DNA of 44,630 bases from Actinomycetota bacterium (GCA_010024485.1 RGGX01000001.1:1-44630); one strand, 5' to 3'; counted from the stretch's first letter, positions 28,864 to 39,559 are shown. Translations and numbers: made by a program. The notes: a model not told the origin generated them from the letters alone.

Positions 28864-29730
28864 ATGGGAACCCTCGACGGCCGTGTCGTCGTCGTCACCG
28901 GCGCCGGTCGAGGGCTCGGTCGGTCGCACGCCCTCCTGTTGGCCGCTGAGGGGGCGCGGGTGGTGGTGAACGACCTGGGCACCACGACCGACGGCGCGGG
29001 AGCCGAGGGGGATCCCGCCGATGAGGTGGTCGCCGAGATCGTCGCCGCCGGCGGGTCCGCGGTCGCGAACCGCGACGACGTGGCCGACTGGGATGGCGCT
29101 CGTGCGCTGGTCGCGTGCGCGATCGAGCAGTTCGGTGACCTGGACGCGGTGGTCAACAACGCCGGCTTCCTCCGCGATCGCGCCATCGTCTCGATGGACG
29201 AGGAGGACTTCGACTCGGTGGTGCGGGTCCACCTGAAGGGCCACTTCGCCATGACCCACTTCGCCGCGCTGCACTGGCGCGAGCGGCACCACGCCGGGGA
29301 GCGCCGAGCTCGAGCGCTGGTCCACACCGCCTCCACCTCGGGTCTCTTCGCCAATCCGGGCCAGTCGAACTACGGCGCGGCGAAGTCGGGTATCGCGACA
29401 CTCAGCCAGATCGCCGCCCAGGAGCTCGCTCGCTACGGGGTGGTGTCGAACTGCATCCTCCCCGGGGCCAGGACCCGTCTCACGCTCGCCAGTCCGGGAC
29501 TGCCCGAGTTGATGGAGGCTCCCGACGGTGCCTTCGACACCTGGGACCCGGGCAACGCCTCACCCCTCGTCGCCTATCTGGTGGGGGAGCGATGCCGCTT
29601 CACGGGGGAGACCTTCTCGGTGATCGGCGGTCTCGTGCAGCGCATGCTGCCCTGGACGGTGGGTGAGTCGGTCGACTCGGCGACCGGTTGGACCGCGGCG
29701 TCGTTGGCCGAGTCGCTCGAGTCGCTCTGA
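28864..29730 (+). CDS. SDR family oxidoreductase (hydroxyacyl-CoA dehydrogenase-like, MFE-2 N-terminal type)
   Basis: It starts MGTLDGRVVVVTGAGRGLG, with the NNAG motif and the catalytic YGAAK. I prefer ATG 28864 over GTG 28855 because of the -10 spacing. Confidence 0.85.
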   Translation: MGTLDGRVVVVTGAGRGLGRSHALLLAAEGARVVVNDLGTTTDGAGAEGDPADEVVAEIVAAGGSAVANRDDVADWDGARALVACAIEQFGDLDAVVNNAGFLRDRAIVSMDEEDFDSVVRVHLKGHFAMTHFAALHWRERHHAGERRARALVHTASTSGLFANPGQSNYGAAKSGIATLSQIAAQELARYGVVSNCILPGARTRLTLASPGLPELMEAPDGAFDTWDPGNASPLVAYLVGERCRFTGETFSVIGGLVQRMLPWTVGESVDSATGWTAASLAESLESL

Positions 29731-29733
29731 TCC

Positions 29734-30141
29734 TCAGTCGGTGATCGCCTCGAGGGCGGCGGCGATCTCCTCGCCGAGCTCGAGGTCGGCGGGACCGGCC
29801 TGGAGGGCCATGACGCGGACGACGTCGCCCTCCACCTGGATCTTGCCCGACATGAAGGCCTGCATGGCGGCGGCGGGATCGCGGGCCACCAGCAGCAGCC
29901 GGGCGGTCTCGTGATCGACGGTCACCGTCGCGTCGGGCGCGTCGACGTGGCCGAGGTCGACATCGAGGCTCCCGGAGCAGGTGTCGAGGTGTGCCTCGAT
30001 GACGGAACCGTCGGGTCCGTCGGTGACCACCAGGTTGACCTGCACATCGGCGACGGGAACCGGGAGCCGGTCGGCGAACGACTCGCGGACGGCGCGGGCG
30101 GCCTCGATCCACTCGTCGGAGAGGAACGGATGAGACGGCAC
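29734..30141 (-). CDS. SCP2 sterol-binding domain protein
   Basis: 135 aa from GTG 30141. It has the SCP2 signature AFMSGKIQVEGD. TACGAT-N6 precedes the GTG. The upstream part of the 245-aa ORF is antisense or overlap noise. Confidence 0.75.
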   Translation of the reverse strand: MPSHPFLSDEWIEAARAVRESFADRLPVPVADVQVNLVVTDGPDGSVIEAHLDTCSGSLDVDLGHVDAPDATVTVDHETARLLLVARDPAAAMQAFMSGKIQVEGDVVRVMALQAGPADLELGEEIAAALEAITD

Positions 30142-30147
30142 GTCGTG

Positions 30148-30153
30148 ATCGTA
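30148..30153 (-). promoter_or_regulatory. putative -10 box TACGAT for the leaderless SCP2 gene
   Basis: The TANNNT hexamer ends 6 nt before GTG 30141 and lies directly after the NSAR stop (30161). Confidence 0.35.
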
Positions 30154-30160
30154 CCGGTGG

Positions 30161-31270
30161 TCAGTCGAGCAGTCTCGTCCGGTAGGTGACCCGTTCGAGT
30201 TCGTCCATGTCGAGTTCGAAGCCGAGCCCCGGGGCGTCGGGCACGGCGACGTGGCCGTCGACAACGGTGATGGGGTCCACCACGATGTCGCGGGCCCAGA
30301 AGCGCGACGAGGCGCTGATGTCACCCGGGAGGGTGAAGCCGTCGAGAGCGGCGAGCATCGCGTTCGCGGCGCGGCCGATCCCGGTCTCGAGCATGCCCCC
30401 GCACCACACCGGCACGTCAGCGGCGACGCACAGGTCGTGGATGCGTCGGCTCTCGAGGTAGCCGCCGACACGACCGGGCTTGATGTTGATGACCCCGGCG
30501 GCGCCGAGCTCGATCGCGTCAGCGGTGGTGCGGGCCGAGACGATGGACTCGTCGAGGCAGACCGGGGTGGTCGACGCGGCGGCGAGCCGGGCGTGGCCGA
30601 TGAGATCCTCCTCGGCCATCGGCTGCTCGATGAGCAGCAGGTCGAACTCGTCGAGGCGACAGAGGTGGTCGATGTCCTCGCGGCCGTAGGCGGTGTTGGC
30701 GTCGACCTGGAGCGCCATGTCGGGGCCGATGAGCTCGCGCACGGCGCGCACCGGTTCGATGTCCCAGTCCGGCTCGATCTTCAACTTGATGCGCGCGTAC
30801 CCCTCGTCCACGTACCCGCCGACCGCGGCGAGCAGCTCGTCGATCGTCGGGTGGATGCCGACGCTCACCCCGCTCGGGATCCGGTCGCGGGTGGCGCCGA
30901 GGTGGCGACGCAGGTCGGTGTCGTTGGCGCGGAGTTCGGCGTCGAGGGCTGCCATCTCGATCGCCGCCTTCGCCATGGGATGACCACGGAGCGGTTCAAG
31001 GATGTCGGCGATGTCGTCCGCGGTGATCTCGCCGGCGGCCCGCAGGCGGGGCCAGATGTGGTCCTCGAGGACGAGTTCCACACCGTCGACGAACTCGGGG
31101 GAGTAGACCGGCTCGCTCAGCGCGACGCACTCTCCCCAGCCCTCCTCGCCGTCGGCGCCGAACCATCGAAGCAGGAGGATGTCCCGGTCGGTCTGGCTGC
31201 CGAAGCTGGTGCGGAAGGGTGAGACGAGGTCCATCCGCACCCGGCGGAGCTCGAGGCGTGCGGGGCGCAT
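30161..31270 (-). CDS. o-succinylbenzoate synthase / N-succinylamino acid racemase family enzyme (enolase superfamily, MLE subgroup)
   Basis: 369 aa from ATG 31270. It has the KxK motif (IKLKI), metal ligands in QVDAN, LIEQP and CLDES, and a second catalytic Lys in NIKPGR. Its start overlaps the GNAT stop (ATGA-type overlap). Confidence 0.88.
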   Translation of the reverse strand: MRPARLELRRVRMDLVSPFRTSFGSQTDRDILLLRWFGADGEEGWGECVALSEPVYSPEFVDGVELVLEDHIWPRLRAAGEITADDIADILEPLRGHPMAKAAIEMAALDAELRANDTDLRRHLGATRDRIPSGVSVGIHPTIDELLAAVGGYVDEGYARIKLKIEPDWDIEPVRAVRELIGPDMALQVDANTAYGREDIDHLCRLDEFDLLLIEQPMAEEDLIGHARLAAASTTPVCLDESIVSARTTADAIELGAAGVINIKPGRVGGYLESRRIHDLCVAADVPVWCGGMLETGIGRAANAMLAALDGFTLPGDISASSRFWARDIVVDPITVVDGHVAVPDAPGLGFELDMDELERVTYRTRLLD

Positions 31271-31989
31271 CAGATCGGGCGCTCGAGGATGTAGGAGCCC
31301 TCGCGGGTGAAGCCGGTGACCACCGCTCCCGCAGCGAGGGCATCGCCGAGTTCGCGGCGCACCCGGCGGCGCCACTCCTCGGCAGCGGCGGGATCCGTAC
31401 GGCGGAGCACGACGATGTCCTCAGGGGTGGCCACCTCGATGCGCTCGGTCGGCCCGGCCGGAGTCTCGGGCTCGACCGATGGGTCGACCGGCCAGGCGCA
31501 CAGGACGCGGTCGCTCTCATCGTCGGCGTTGACCGCGTCGGCCATCGATCCGTAGAAGTCGGGGAGGTAGTCGGTGGGACGGGCGCCGAGCACCTCGATG
31601 TTGAACCAGGCGTTGCGACGCACGATCGGGTCGAAGGTCCAGGTGACCCATTCGATCCCGTTCGCCGCGGCCCAGTCTCGCTGATGGCCCTTCATGGCGC
31701 GTCCGACCCCGGCGTGCTGCGCTCCGGGCAGGATGCCGGTGATGTGGCTGTGGAGCGCGGGGCGGCCCTCGTGGCGAGCGAGGAAGCCGAAGGAGGCGCC
31801 GACCATGTTGTCGGCGACGAAGGCGGCGGCGACGTAGCCGCCGGCGTGTTCGACGGCCCGCATGAGCTCCACGCTCACGATCACCTTGGTCGATCCCCAG
31901 ATCTGTCGGAGGACCTCGCTCACGGCGGTCATCTCCTCGATCGTGTGAGGACTGCGGATCTCGACTTCGTTGTCGTCACTTCCGTCCAC
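31270..31989 (-). CDS. GNAT family acyltransferase
   Basis: 239-aa ORF with a GNAT-like core (GILPGAQHAGVGRAMKGHQRDWAAANGIEWVTWTFDP). It is translationally coupled to the racemase-family gene. TAGGTT-N6 precedes the GTG 31989. Confidence 0.7.
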   Translation of the reverse strand: MDGSDDNEVEIRSPHTIEEMTAVSEVLRQIWGSTKVIVSVELMRAVEHAGGYVAAAFVADNMVGASFGFLARHEGRPALHSHITGILPGAQHAGVGRAMKGHQRDWAAANGIEWVTWTFDPIVRRNAWFNIEVLGARPTDYLPDFYGSMADAVNADDESDRVLCAWPVDPSVEPETPAGPTERIEVATPEDIVVLRRTDPAAAEEWRRRVRRELGDALAAGAVVTGFTREGSYILERPI

Positions 31990-31995
31990 GGGGCA

Positions 31996-32001
31996 AACCT
32001 A
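31996..32001 (-). promoter_or_regulatory. putative -10 box TAGGTT for the leaderless GNAT-NSAR operon
   Basis: The TANNNT hexamer ends 6 nt before GTG 31989. Confidence 0.4.
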
Positions 32002-32077
32002 CTTCGCTGGACCGGTGGGCGGCCCAGCGACCGCTCGTCGTCGACCGCGGTCTGGACTTCTCGTCCAAAGGCCGCGC

Positions 32078-32093
32078 ACCGGTTGGTACCGGT
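32078..32093. promoter_or_regulatory. palindromic element ACCGGT-N4-ACCGGT in the GNAT/serA intergenic region
   Basis: ACCGGTTGGTACCGGT lies 26 nt upstream of the serA ATG. Each half-site is itself a palindrome. It is a candidate operator. Confidence 0.25.
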
Positions 32094-32118
32094 CGTCGGT
32101 GCGGATAACGATGCGGTC

Positions 32119-33681
32119 ATGGCGCGGATACTGGTGACCGAAGCGATCGCCGAGGGCGGGCTCGACCGCCTGCGCGCTGATGGGCATGAGGTCGATGTCC
32201 GACTGGGTCTCGACCGCGCTGGCCTGTTGGAGGCCGTCCGCGGCGCGGCAGCGCTCATCATCCGGTCGGCGACCACCGTCGACGATGAGGTGCTCGCCGC
32301 CGGACCCGAGCTGGTCGTCGTCGGCCGGGCCGGGATCGGTCTCGACAACGTCGACGTCGCCGCTGCCACCTCTCGCGGGGTCATGGTGGTGAACGCCCCG
32401 CAGTCCAACATCGTGTCCGCGGCCGAGCACACCATGGCGCTCCTGCTCTCCCAGGCCCGAAACGTCCCCCAGGCCCACGCCGCGCTCGTGGCCGGTCGGT
32501 GGGAGCGCTCCCGCTGGGAGGGGGTCGAGCTCGCTGACAAGACCCTCGCGATCATCGGTCTGGGCCGGATCGGCAAGCTCGTCGCCGAGCGCGCGAAGGC
32601 CTTCGGTATGCGTCTCGTCGCCTACGACCCCTTCGTCTCGGCTGAACGGGCCCGCCAGATGGGCGCGGAGCTGTTGCCTCTCGATCAGGCGGTCGCCGAG
32701 GCCGACTTCCTCACCGTGCACCTTCCTCGCAACGCCGACACGATCGGGCTGATCGGGCGTGAGCTGCTCCTCAAGGCCAAACCCTCCCTTCGCGTCGTCA
32801 ACGTGGCGCGCGGCGGCATCGTGATCGAGTCGGAGTTGGCCGAGTGCATCCGCGAAGGTCTCATCGCCGGCGCCGCCCTCGATGTGTTCGACTCGGAGCC
32901 CTGCACCGAGTCGCCCCTCTTCGATCTGCCCGAGGTGGTCGTCACCCCGCACCTCGGGGCGAGCACCCGGGAGGCCCAGGACAAGGCCGGAGACGCCATC
33001 GCCGACATGGTGCAGTTGGCGCTCGCCGGCGACTTCGTTCCCTGGGCGGTCAATGTCGACGCTGCGGAGGCCGATGAGATGCTCCGGCCGTTCCTCGGGC
33101 TCGCCGAGCGTCTCGGTCGTCTCTTCTCCTCGATGACCGGCGGAGTCTCCGAGGTCGAGGTCCGCATCGAGGGCGACATCGCCGCCTGCGACACACGGAT
33201 CCTCAACCTCGCGGTCATGAAGGGGTTGCTCTCGACCGCCGCCGATGATCAGGTCACCTATGTGAACGCCCCGCAGATGGCCGCCTCAGCCGGTCTCGCG
33301 TTGACCGAGTCGAAGTCGTCGGTGTCCGACGATCATGTGAACCTGATCGCCCTCCGTGCCGACGGGCGCAGCATCGCCGGCGCCCTCACCGACCGCACCG
33401 GCGCTGAGCGCGTCGTCGAGATCGACGGTCACAGTGTGGACATGCCGCCGGCGGCGGACATGCTCCTCATCTCGAATGATGACCGTCCCGGCGTGATCGG
33501 CACCGTCGGCACCCTGCTCGGTGACGCCGGCATCAACATCGCCGACATGGATGTCGGTCGGGTGGCCCGGTCGGGCGGTGCGCTCATGCTGATCGCCGCG
33601 ACGGCCGAGGTGCCGTCATCGGTCATCGACGCGCTTCGGGTCGCTCCCGGCGTGACGAGCGTCGTCAGCCTGCGCGGCTGA
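32119..33681 (+). CDS. serA: D-3-phosphoglycerate dehydrogenase
   Basis: 520 aa from ATG 32119 (MARILVTE). It has the NAD motif GLGRIGKLV, the catalytic region, and C-terminal ASB and ACT domains. The upstream 300 codons of the 820-aa ORF are antisense to the GNAT gene. Confidence 0.93.
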   Translation: MARILVTEAIAEGGLDRLRADGHEVDVRLGLDRAGLLEAVRGAAALIIRSATTVDDEVLAAGPELVVVGRAGIGLDNVDVAAATSRGVMVVNAPQSNIVSAAEHTMALLLSQARNVPQAHAALVAGRWERSRWEGVELADKTLAIIGLGRIGKLVAERAKAFGMRLVAYDPFVSAERARQMGAELLPLDQAVAEADFLTVHLPRNADTIGLIGRELLLKAKPSLRVVNVARGGIVIESELAECIREGLIAGAALDVFDSEPCTESPLFDLPEVVVTPHLGASTREAQDKAGDAIADMVQLALAGDFVPWAVNVDAAEADEMLRPFLGLAERLGRLFSSMTGGVSEVEVRIEGDIAACDTRILNLAVMKGLLSTAADDQVTYVNAPQMAASAGLALTESKSSVSDDHVNLIALRADGRSIAGALTDRTGAERVVEIDGHSVDMPPAADMLLISNDDRPGVIGTVGTLLGDAGINIADMDVGRVARSGGALMLIAATAEVPSSVIDALRVAPGVTSVVSLRG

Positions 33682-34492
33682 GCCGGCAGGCGTCGCGGGT
33701 GGCGATGGCCGTCTCTCGTGCGGCCTCGGCGAAGTCGGGCCCCGAGCTCGCGTAGAGCACGGCTCGTGACGAGTTGACGATGAGCCCGCGTCCGTCGGTT
33801 CTGGCTCCGGCGGCGACGGCCTCTCCGGCATCGCCACCCTGAGCGCCGACCCCGGGGACCAGGATCGGGAGGTCGCCGACGACCTCGCGCACCCGACCCA
33901 GCTCGTCGGGGTGGGTCGCGCCGACCACCAGACCCACCTCGCCGAGGGTGCTCCACCGTTCGGCGATCATGCGCGCCACCCGCAGGTAGAGCGGTTCGCC
34001 GTCGACGTCGAGCATCTGCAGGTCGGCGCTCCCGGGGTTCGAGGTGCGGCAGAGCGCGATCACGGCTCCGGAGGCGAGGAAGGGCTCGATCGAGTCGGTG
34101 CCGAGGTAGGGGTTGACGGTCACCGCATCCGCGCCGTAGCGGTTGAACGCCTCTTTCGCGTACTGCTCCGCGGTCGATCCGATGTCGCCGCGCTTGGCGT
34201 CGAGGATGATCGGGATGTCGGGGTGGTGCTCGGCGATGTGCTCGCACAGGCGCTCGAGTTGGTTCTCGGCCCTGAGCGCGGCGAAGTGGGCGATCTGGGG
34301 TTTGAAGGCGCACACCAGGTCGGCGGTTGCCTCGACGATCTCGACGCAGAAGCGGAACACGGCGTCGGTGGCACCGTCGAGTCCGGTCGGCAGACGGCGC
34401 GGGTCGGGGTCAAGACCGACGCACAGCAGCGAGTCGTTTCGCTCCCAGGCGCGCTCGAGGCGCTGGTGGAAGCCGCCGGCTCGCTCGTTCAC
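33665..34492 (-). CDS. pyrF: orotidine 5'-phosphate decarboxylase (type 2)
   Basis: It has the motifs LCVGLDP and ILDAKRGDIGST. GTG 34492 overlaps the ferredoxin stop (GTGA). It overlaps the serA 3' end by 17 nt. Confidence 0.9.
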   Translation of the reverse strand: MNERAGGFHQRLERAWERNDSLLCVGLDPDPRRLPTGLDGATDAVFRFCVEIVEATADLVCAFKPQIAHFAALRAENQLERLCEHIAEHHPDIPIILDAKRGDIGSTAEQYAKEAFNRYGADAVTVNPYLGTDSIEPFLASGAVIALCRTSNPGSADLQMLDVDGEPLYLRVARMIAERWSTLGEVGLVVGATHPDELGRVREVVGDLPILVPGVGAQGGDAGEAVAAGARTDGRGLIVNSSRAVLYASSGPDFAEAARETAIATRDACRLSRAG

Positions 34493-34683
34493 GACTCGGT
34501 CAGCTCGATGGCCGCGGTGGGGCACAGGTCGGCAGCGTCGCGCACCCGGTCGTGGAGCTCGACCGGAGGTTCCTCGATCAGGACGTACAGGTATCCGTCG
34601 TCGCGGATCTCGAACACCTCAGGGCAGGTCTGGGCGCATCCTCCGGTGGAGGCGCACATGTCGAGGTCGACGGTCACGCGCAC
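34489..34683 (-). CDS. small ferredoxin
   Basis: 64 aa with the Cys pattern C-x5-C-x3-CP ... CP (MCASTGGCAQTCPEVF ... LCPTAAI). Confidence 0.8.
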   Translation of the reverse strand: MRVTVDLDMCASTGGCAQTCPEVFEIRDDGYLYVLIEEPPVELHDRVRDAADLCPTAAIELTES

Positions 34684-34689
34684 GGTCCG

Positions 34690-34695
34690 ACACTA
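34690..34695 (-). promoter_or_regulatory. putative -10 box TAGTGT for the leaderless ferredoxin-pyrF unit
   Basis: The TANNNT hexamer ends 6 nt before GTG 34683. It lies in the 42-nt gap after the leuA stop. Confidence 0.4.
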
Positions 34696-34725
34696 CTCGG
34701 GCACGTCGTGGCGGCCTCCGGCCGC

Positions 34726-36534
<1,809 letters not shown>

Positions 36535-36570
36535 CTACGTAAGCAGCCCGAGCAGGGGAAGCAGACGCAT
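36535..36570 (-). CDS. leucine-rich leader peptide MRLLPLLGLLT (possibly MSSAMRLLPLLGLLT from ATG 36582)
   Basis: 6 of its 11 codons are Leu (CTG/CTT/CTC). It lies in the 198-nt region upstream of leuA on the same strand and is followed by two hairpins and a U-tract. Confidence 0.6.
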   Translation of the reverse strand: MRLLPLLGLLT

Positions 36571-36590
36571 GGCGGAGGACATCGACGGAG

Positions 36591-36596
36591 AGACTA
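36591..36596 (-). promoter_or_regulatory. putative -10 box TAGTCT for the leuA leader transcript
   Basis: The TANNNT hexamer ends 8 nt before ATG 36582. TTGTGG lies 18 nt further upstream as a possible -35 box. Confidence 0.3.
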
Positions 36597-36657
36597 CCCA
36601 CGTCTCATCACCGTCCACAATCACCCGGCTCCGGTCGCCGGTAGGCTCAGCGGCACC

Positions 36658-37986
36658 ATGACTGACCGACCTCCGCGCACCGGCGCGCGGCGTCGGGGCC
36701 GCGGAGGCGGTTCCGGCGGAAACTCCCCCCGGCGGCGACCCTCCCACCGAGATGACGGTGTCGAGGCCCGTACCGGCTCCCTGACCTCCAACTCGGCGCT
36801 CCCCCCAGTGGACCCGCCGACCGGTTTCGCCGATCTCGGTGTGCCGGAGCGAATCGACGTGGGTCTCGCCGCCTGCGGGTTCGCGACCCCCTTCGCCATC
36901 CAGACCGAGGCGATCCCGGTCGCGATGCGCGGCGAGGACGTGTGCGGTCGGGCCAAGACCGGATCCGGCAAGACGCTCGCGTTCGGGCTCCCGATGCTCG
37001 CCCGGATCGACGGGCGCGGCACGCCGGGCCGTCCTCTCGGTCTCGTGCTCGTCCCGACCCGCGAACTGGCGGTTCAGGTGGCTGAGGTGCTCGAGCCCGT
37101 CGCCACCCATGCGTCGATGCGGGTGCTCCCCGTGTACGGCGGCGCGAGTCGCGACGGCCAGATCGCCGAGCTCGACAAGGGTGTCGAGCTGGTGGTGGCC
37201 ACCCCGCTCCGACTGATCGATCTCATCAAGTCCGGCGAGGTCGACCTCTCCGACGTCCAGATCGTCACCCTCGACGAGGCCGACCGCATGGCTGACGACG
37301 GGTTCACCCCGCAGGTCGAATGGATCCTCCGGCACTGCACCGGTCGCCGCCAGACGATGCTGTTCTCGGCCACGCTCGACGGCGATGTGGGTCACCTGAT
37401 CCGCGCCTACATGACCGATCCGGTCGAGGTCGCCATCGACGCGGTGACCGACACGGTCGGCACCATGCACCATCTGTTCCTCGCCGTGCACCACATGGAC
37501 AAGGCCCGTGTGGTCGGGTCCATCGCGCGCGGCATCCCGAAGGTCGTGGTGTTCTGCCAGACCAAGCGGCTCTGCGACAAGGTCGAGGGTGCCCTCGTCG
37601 ACCTCGATGTGAACGCCGCGGCCATCCACGGCGACCTGTCGCAGGCGGCCCGCGAACGTGCGCTGCAGCGCTTCGCCGATGGTCGGCTCGCGGTGCTCGT
37701 CGCCACCGATGTGGCGGCCCGGGGAATCGACATCGATGACATCGGCGCGGTGGTCCACTACGACCCTCCCGGCGACGTGAAGGACTATCTGCACCGCTCG
37801 GGACGCACGGCGCGCGCCGGTCGTGACGGCTGGGCGGTCACCCTGGTCGAGTACAACCAGCACACCCAGGTGCGGGTCCTGCAGCGACTCCTCCGGTTGC
37901 CGTCGGTGAAGCCGATCGAGGTCTTCTCGAACGATGAGCGTCTCCTCGACCTCAGCCGGTTCGAGGGTGACGCCCCCACCACCTAG
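36658..37986 (+). CDS. DEAD-box ATP-dependent RNA helicase
   Basis: 442 aa from ATG 36658. It has an Arg/Gly-rich N-terminus, a Q-motif region (FATPFAIQ), motif I (AKTGSGKT), DEAD, SAT and HRSGRTARAG. Confidence 0.9.
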   Translation: MTDRPPRTGARRRGRGGGSGGNSPRRRPSHRDDGVEARTGSLTSNSALPPVDPPTGFADLGVPERIDVGLAACGFATPFAIQTEAIPVAMRGEDVCGRAKTGSGKTLAFGLPMLARIDGRGTPGRPLGLVLVPTRELAVQVAEVLEPVATHASMRVLPVYGGASRDGQIAELDKGVELVVATPLRLIDLIKSGEVDLSDVQIVTLDEADRMADDGFTPQVEWILRHCTGRRQTMLFSATLDGDVGHLIRAYMTDPVEVAIDAVTDTVGTMHHLFLAVHHMDKARVVGSIARGIPKVVVFCQTKRLCDKVEGALVDLDVNAAAIHGDLSQAARERALQRFADGRLAVLVATDVAARGIDIDDIGAVVHYDPPGDVKDYLHRSGRTARAGRDGWAVTLVEYNQHTQVRVLQRLLRLPSVKPIEVFSNDERLLDLSRFEGDAPTT

Positions 37987-37993
37987 GGGTCGC

Positions 37994-38965
37994 GTGAGCC
38001 CCCGACCGCTCATCGCGGGCATCGCGTGCGCCTTCGTCGCGCTCGGTTGCGGTGGGGCTGATGGTGTTGACGACCTGCCGGCGGTGACCGCCCCGCCTCC
38101 GGTGACCCTGGCGCCGGTCGCCGGACCTGACCCCGACGAGGTGCCCGACGTCGAGCCGGTCCCGTTCGGTCTGCCCGAGGCGGTGGAGGTCGCGGTGCGG
38201 GTCTCGCCGGCCCGGGTGGCGACCCTGGTCTCGTTCTCTCCTCGTTCGGTCGAGTCGTCGACACTCGATCCCTTCGATGCCGTCGGGTCCTGCTCGGTCA
38301 TCGAGGCGGCACCGGGACGCCCGTTCGAGGTGGTGGTTGCCGATCCGGATGAGGAGTCCTCGGTCCGGCTGGTTGCCGATGGCTCCGAACCGCTCCCGCC
38401 CGGTGCTCCGTCCGTCGAGGTGGGGGTCGAGGTGCGACTCCTCGGCGGACCGGTTCGGTTCGGTTCGGCGCGGGTGACCTTCGCGCGCGCCGGTGGCGCG
38501 GTCGACCAACGGTCGGGAACGGTGGTCGGTGCGACCGCCTCGGGACAGTCGATCTCGGCGGCCTTCACCTGCTCCGGTAGCCGACCCGAGGTGACCGTGG
38601 GCGAGGAGGCCGGCTACTCGATCCGGATGCGCGACGGCACGCGGGTCCGGACCGCTGCTGTCGTGGTGTCCGAAGCCGAGGGAATGGGATGCGCCGATCC
38701 GGTCGATGCCGACCGATCGGTCGTCGCCGTCTCGCCGGAGGGGGCGGCCACCGGTGGCGGTGGTGGAGTGCTGACGGTGACCTCGCGGCCGGGTCTGGCG
38801 ACCGGGGCCTCCGCGCCGGGCGACGTGGTCGTCACCGTGCTCGGTCGCACGGTGGTGCTCGGTGACGCGGTGGTGACCCTGACGGGCCCGGGCACCGGGA
38901 TCTTCGGCGGGGTCAGCGCCGACGGTGTGGTCGTGGACGGCGCCTGGCGCTGTCCGTCGGCCTGA
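37994..38965 (+). CDS. hypothetical lipoprotein
   Basis: GTG 37994 lies 7 nt after the helicase stop. It has a signal peptide with the lipobox FVALGC. The mature part is Val/Gly/Pro-rich with no recognisable domain. Confidence 0.6.
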   Translation: MSPRPLIAGIACAFVALGCGGADGVDDLPAVTAPPPVTLAPVAGPDPDEVPDVEPVPFGLPEAVEVAVRVSPARVATLVSFSPRSVESSTLDPFDAVGSCSVIEAAPGRPFEVVVADPDEESSVRLVADGSEPLPPGAPSVEVGVEVRLLGGPVRFGSARVTFARAGGAVDQRSGTVVGATASGQSISAAFTCSGSRPEVTVGEEAGYSIRMRDGTRVRTAAVVVSEAEGMGCADPVDADRSVVAVSPEGAATGGGGGVLTVTSRPGLATGASAPGDVVVTVLGRTVVLGDAVVTLTGPGTGIFGGVSADGVVVDGAWRCPSA

Positions 38966-38971
38966 GCCGGC

Positions 38972-39559
38972 TCAGCCGGGGAGCCAGGCCGGGCGGCTCG
39001 ACTCGAATCGGTCGATCGAGTCGGCGTGGGTGAGGGTCAGGCCGATGTCGTCGAGCCCTTCGAGGAAGCGATGGCGTGTCGGATCGTCCATGGGGAACTC
39101 GACCGAGACCGCGGCCGCGGGCACCTCGACGAGTCGGCGCTCCATGTCGACGACGACGGCGGTCGACGGATCGGCTTCGATCGCGGACCAGATCGCCTCG
39201 ACATGCTCGAGGGGCACGGCGGCGGGAACGAGCCCGTTCTTCGTGCAGTTGTTCCGGAAGATGTCGCTGAAGCTCGGCGCGATGACCGCGTCGAAACCGG
39301 CCTGCTGGATCGCCCAGACGGCGTGCTCACGGCTTGAGCCGACGCCGAACGACGGTCCGGCGACGAGGATGCTCGCGCCGGCGTATCGCTGGTCGTTCAT
39401 GACGAATGCGGGGTCGTCGCGCCAGGTGGAGAACAGCCCCTTCTCGAAGCCGGTCCGCTCGACGCGCTTGAGCCACTCGGCCGGGATGATCTGATCGGTG
39501 TCGACATCGCTGCGCCGAAGCGGGACCGCGGTGCCGGTGATGACCCTGACTGCCTTCAT
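38972..39559 (-). CDS. leuD: 3-isopropylmalate dehydratase small subunit
   Basis: 195 aa from ATG 39559, with an ATGA overlap to the leuC stop. It has the GSSREHA motif. Confidence 0.93.
   Translation of the reverse strand: MKAVRVITGTAVPLRRSDVDTDQIIPAEWLKRVERTGFEKGLFSTWRDDPAFVMNDQRYAGASILVAGPSFGVGSSREHAVWAIQQAGFDAVIAPSFSDIFRNNCTKNGLVPAAVPLEHVEAIWSAIEADPSTAVVVDMERRLVEVPAAAVSVEFPMDDPTRHRFLEGLDDIGLTLTHADSIDRFESSRPAWLPG

Noticed and set aside
31219-32118. N-terminal 300 codons of the 820-aa ORF that ends as serA
   Set aside because: This part is antisense to the GNAT gene. SerA similarity starts at MARILVTE (32119).
36571-38568. 677-aa minus-strand ORF opposite the DEAD-box helicase and lipoprotein genes
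   Set aside because: It is an antisense shadow with Ser/Thr/Arg/Gly-rich translation. Only its last 11-15 codons (the Leu-rich leader peptide, 36535-36582) appear meaningful.
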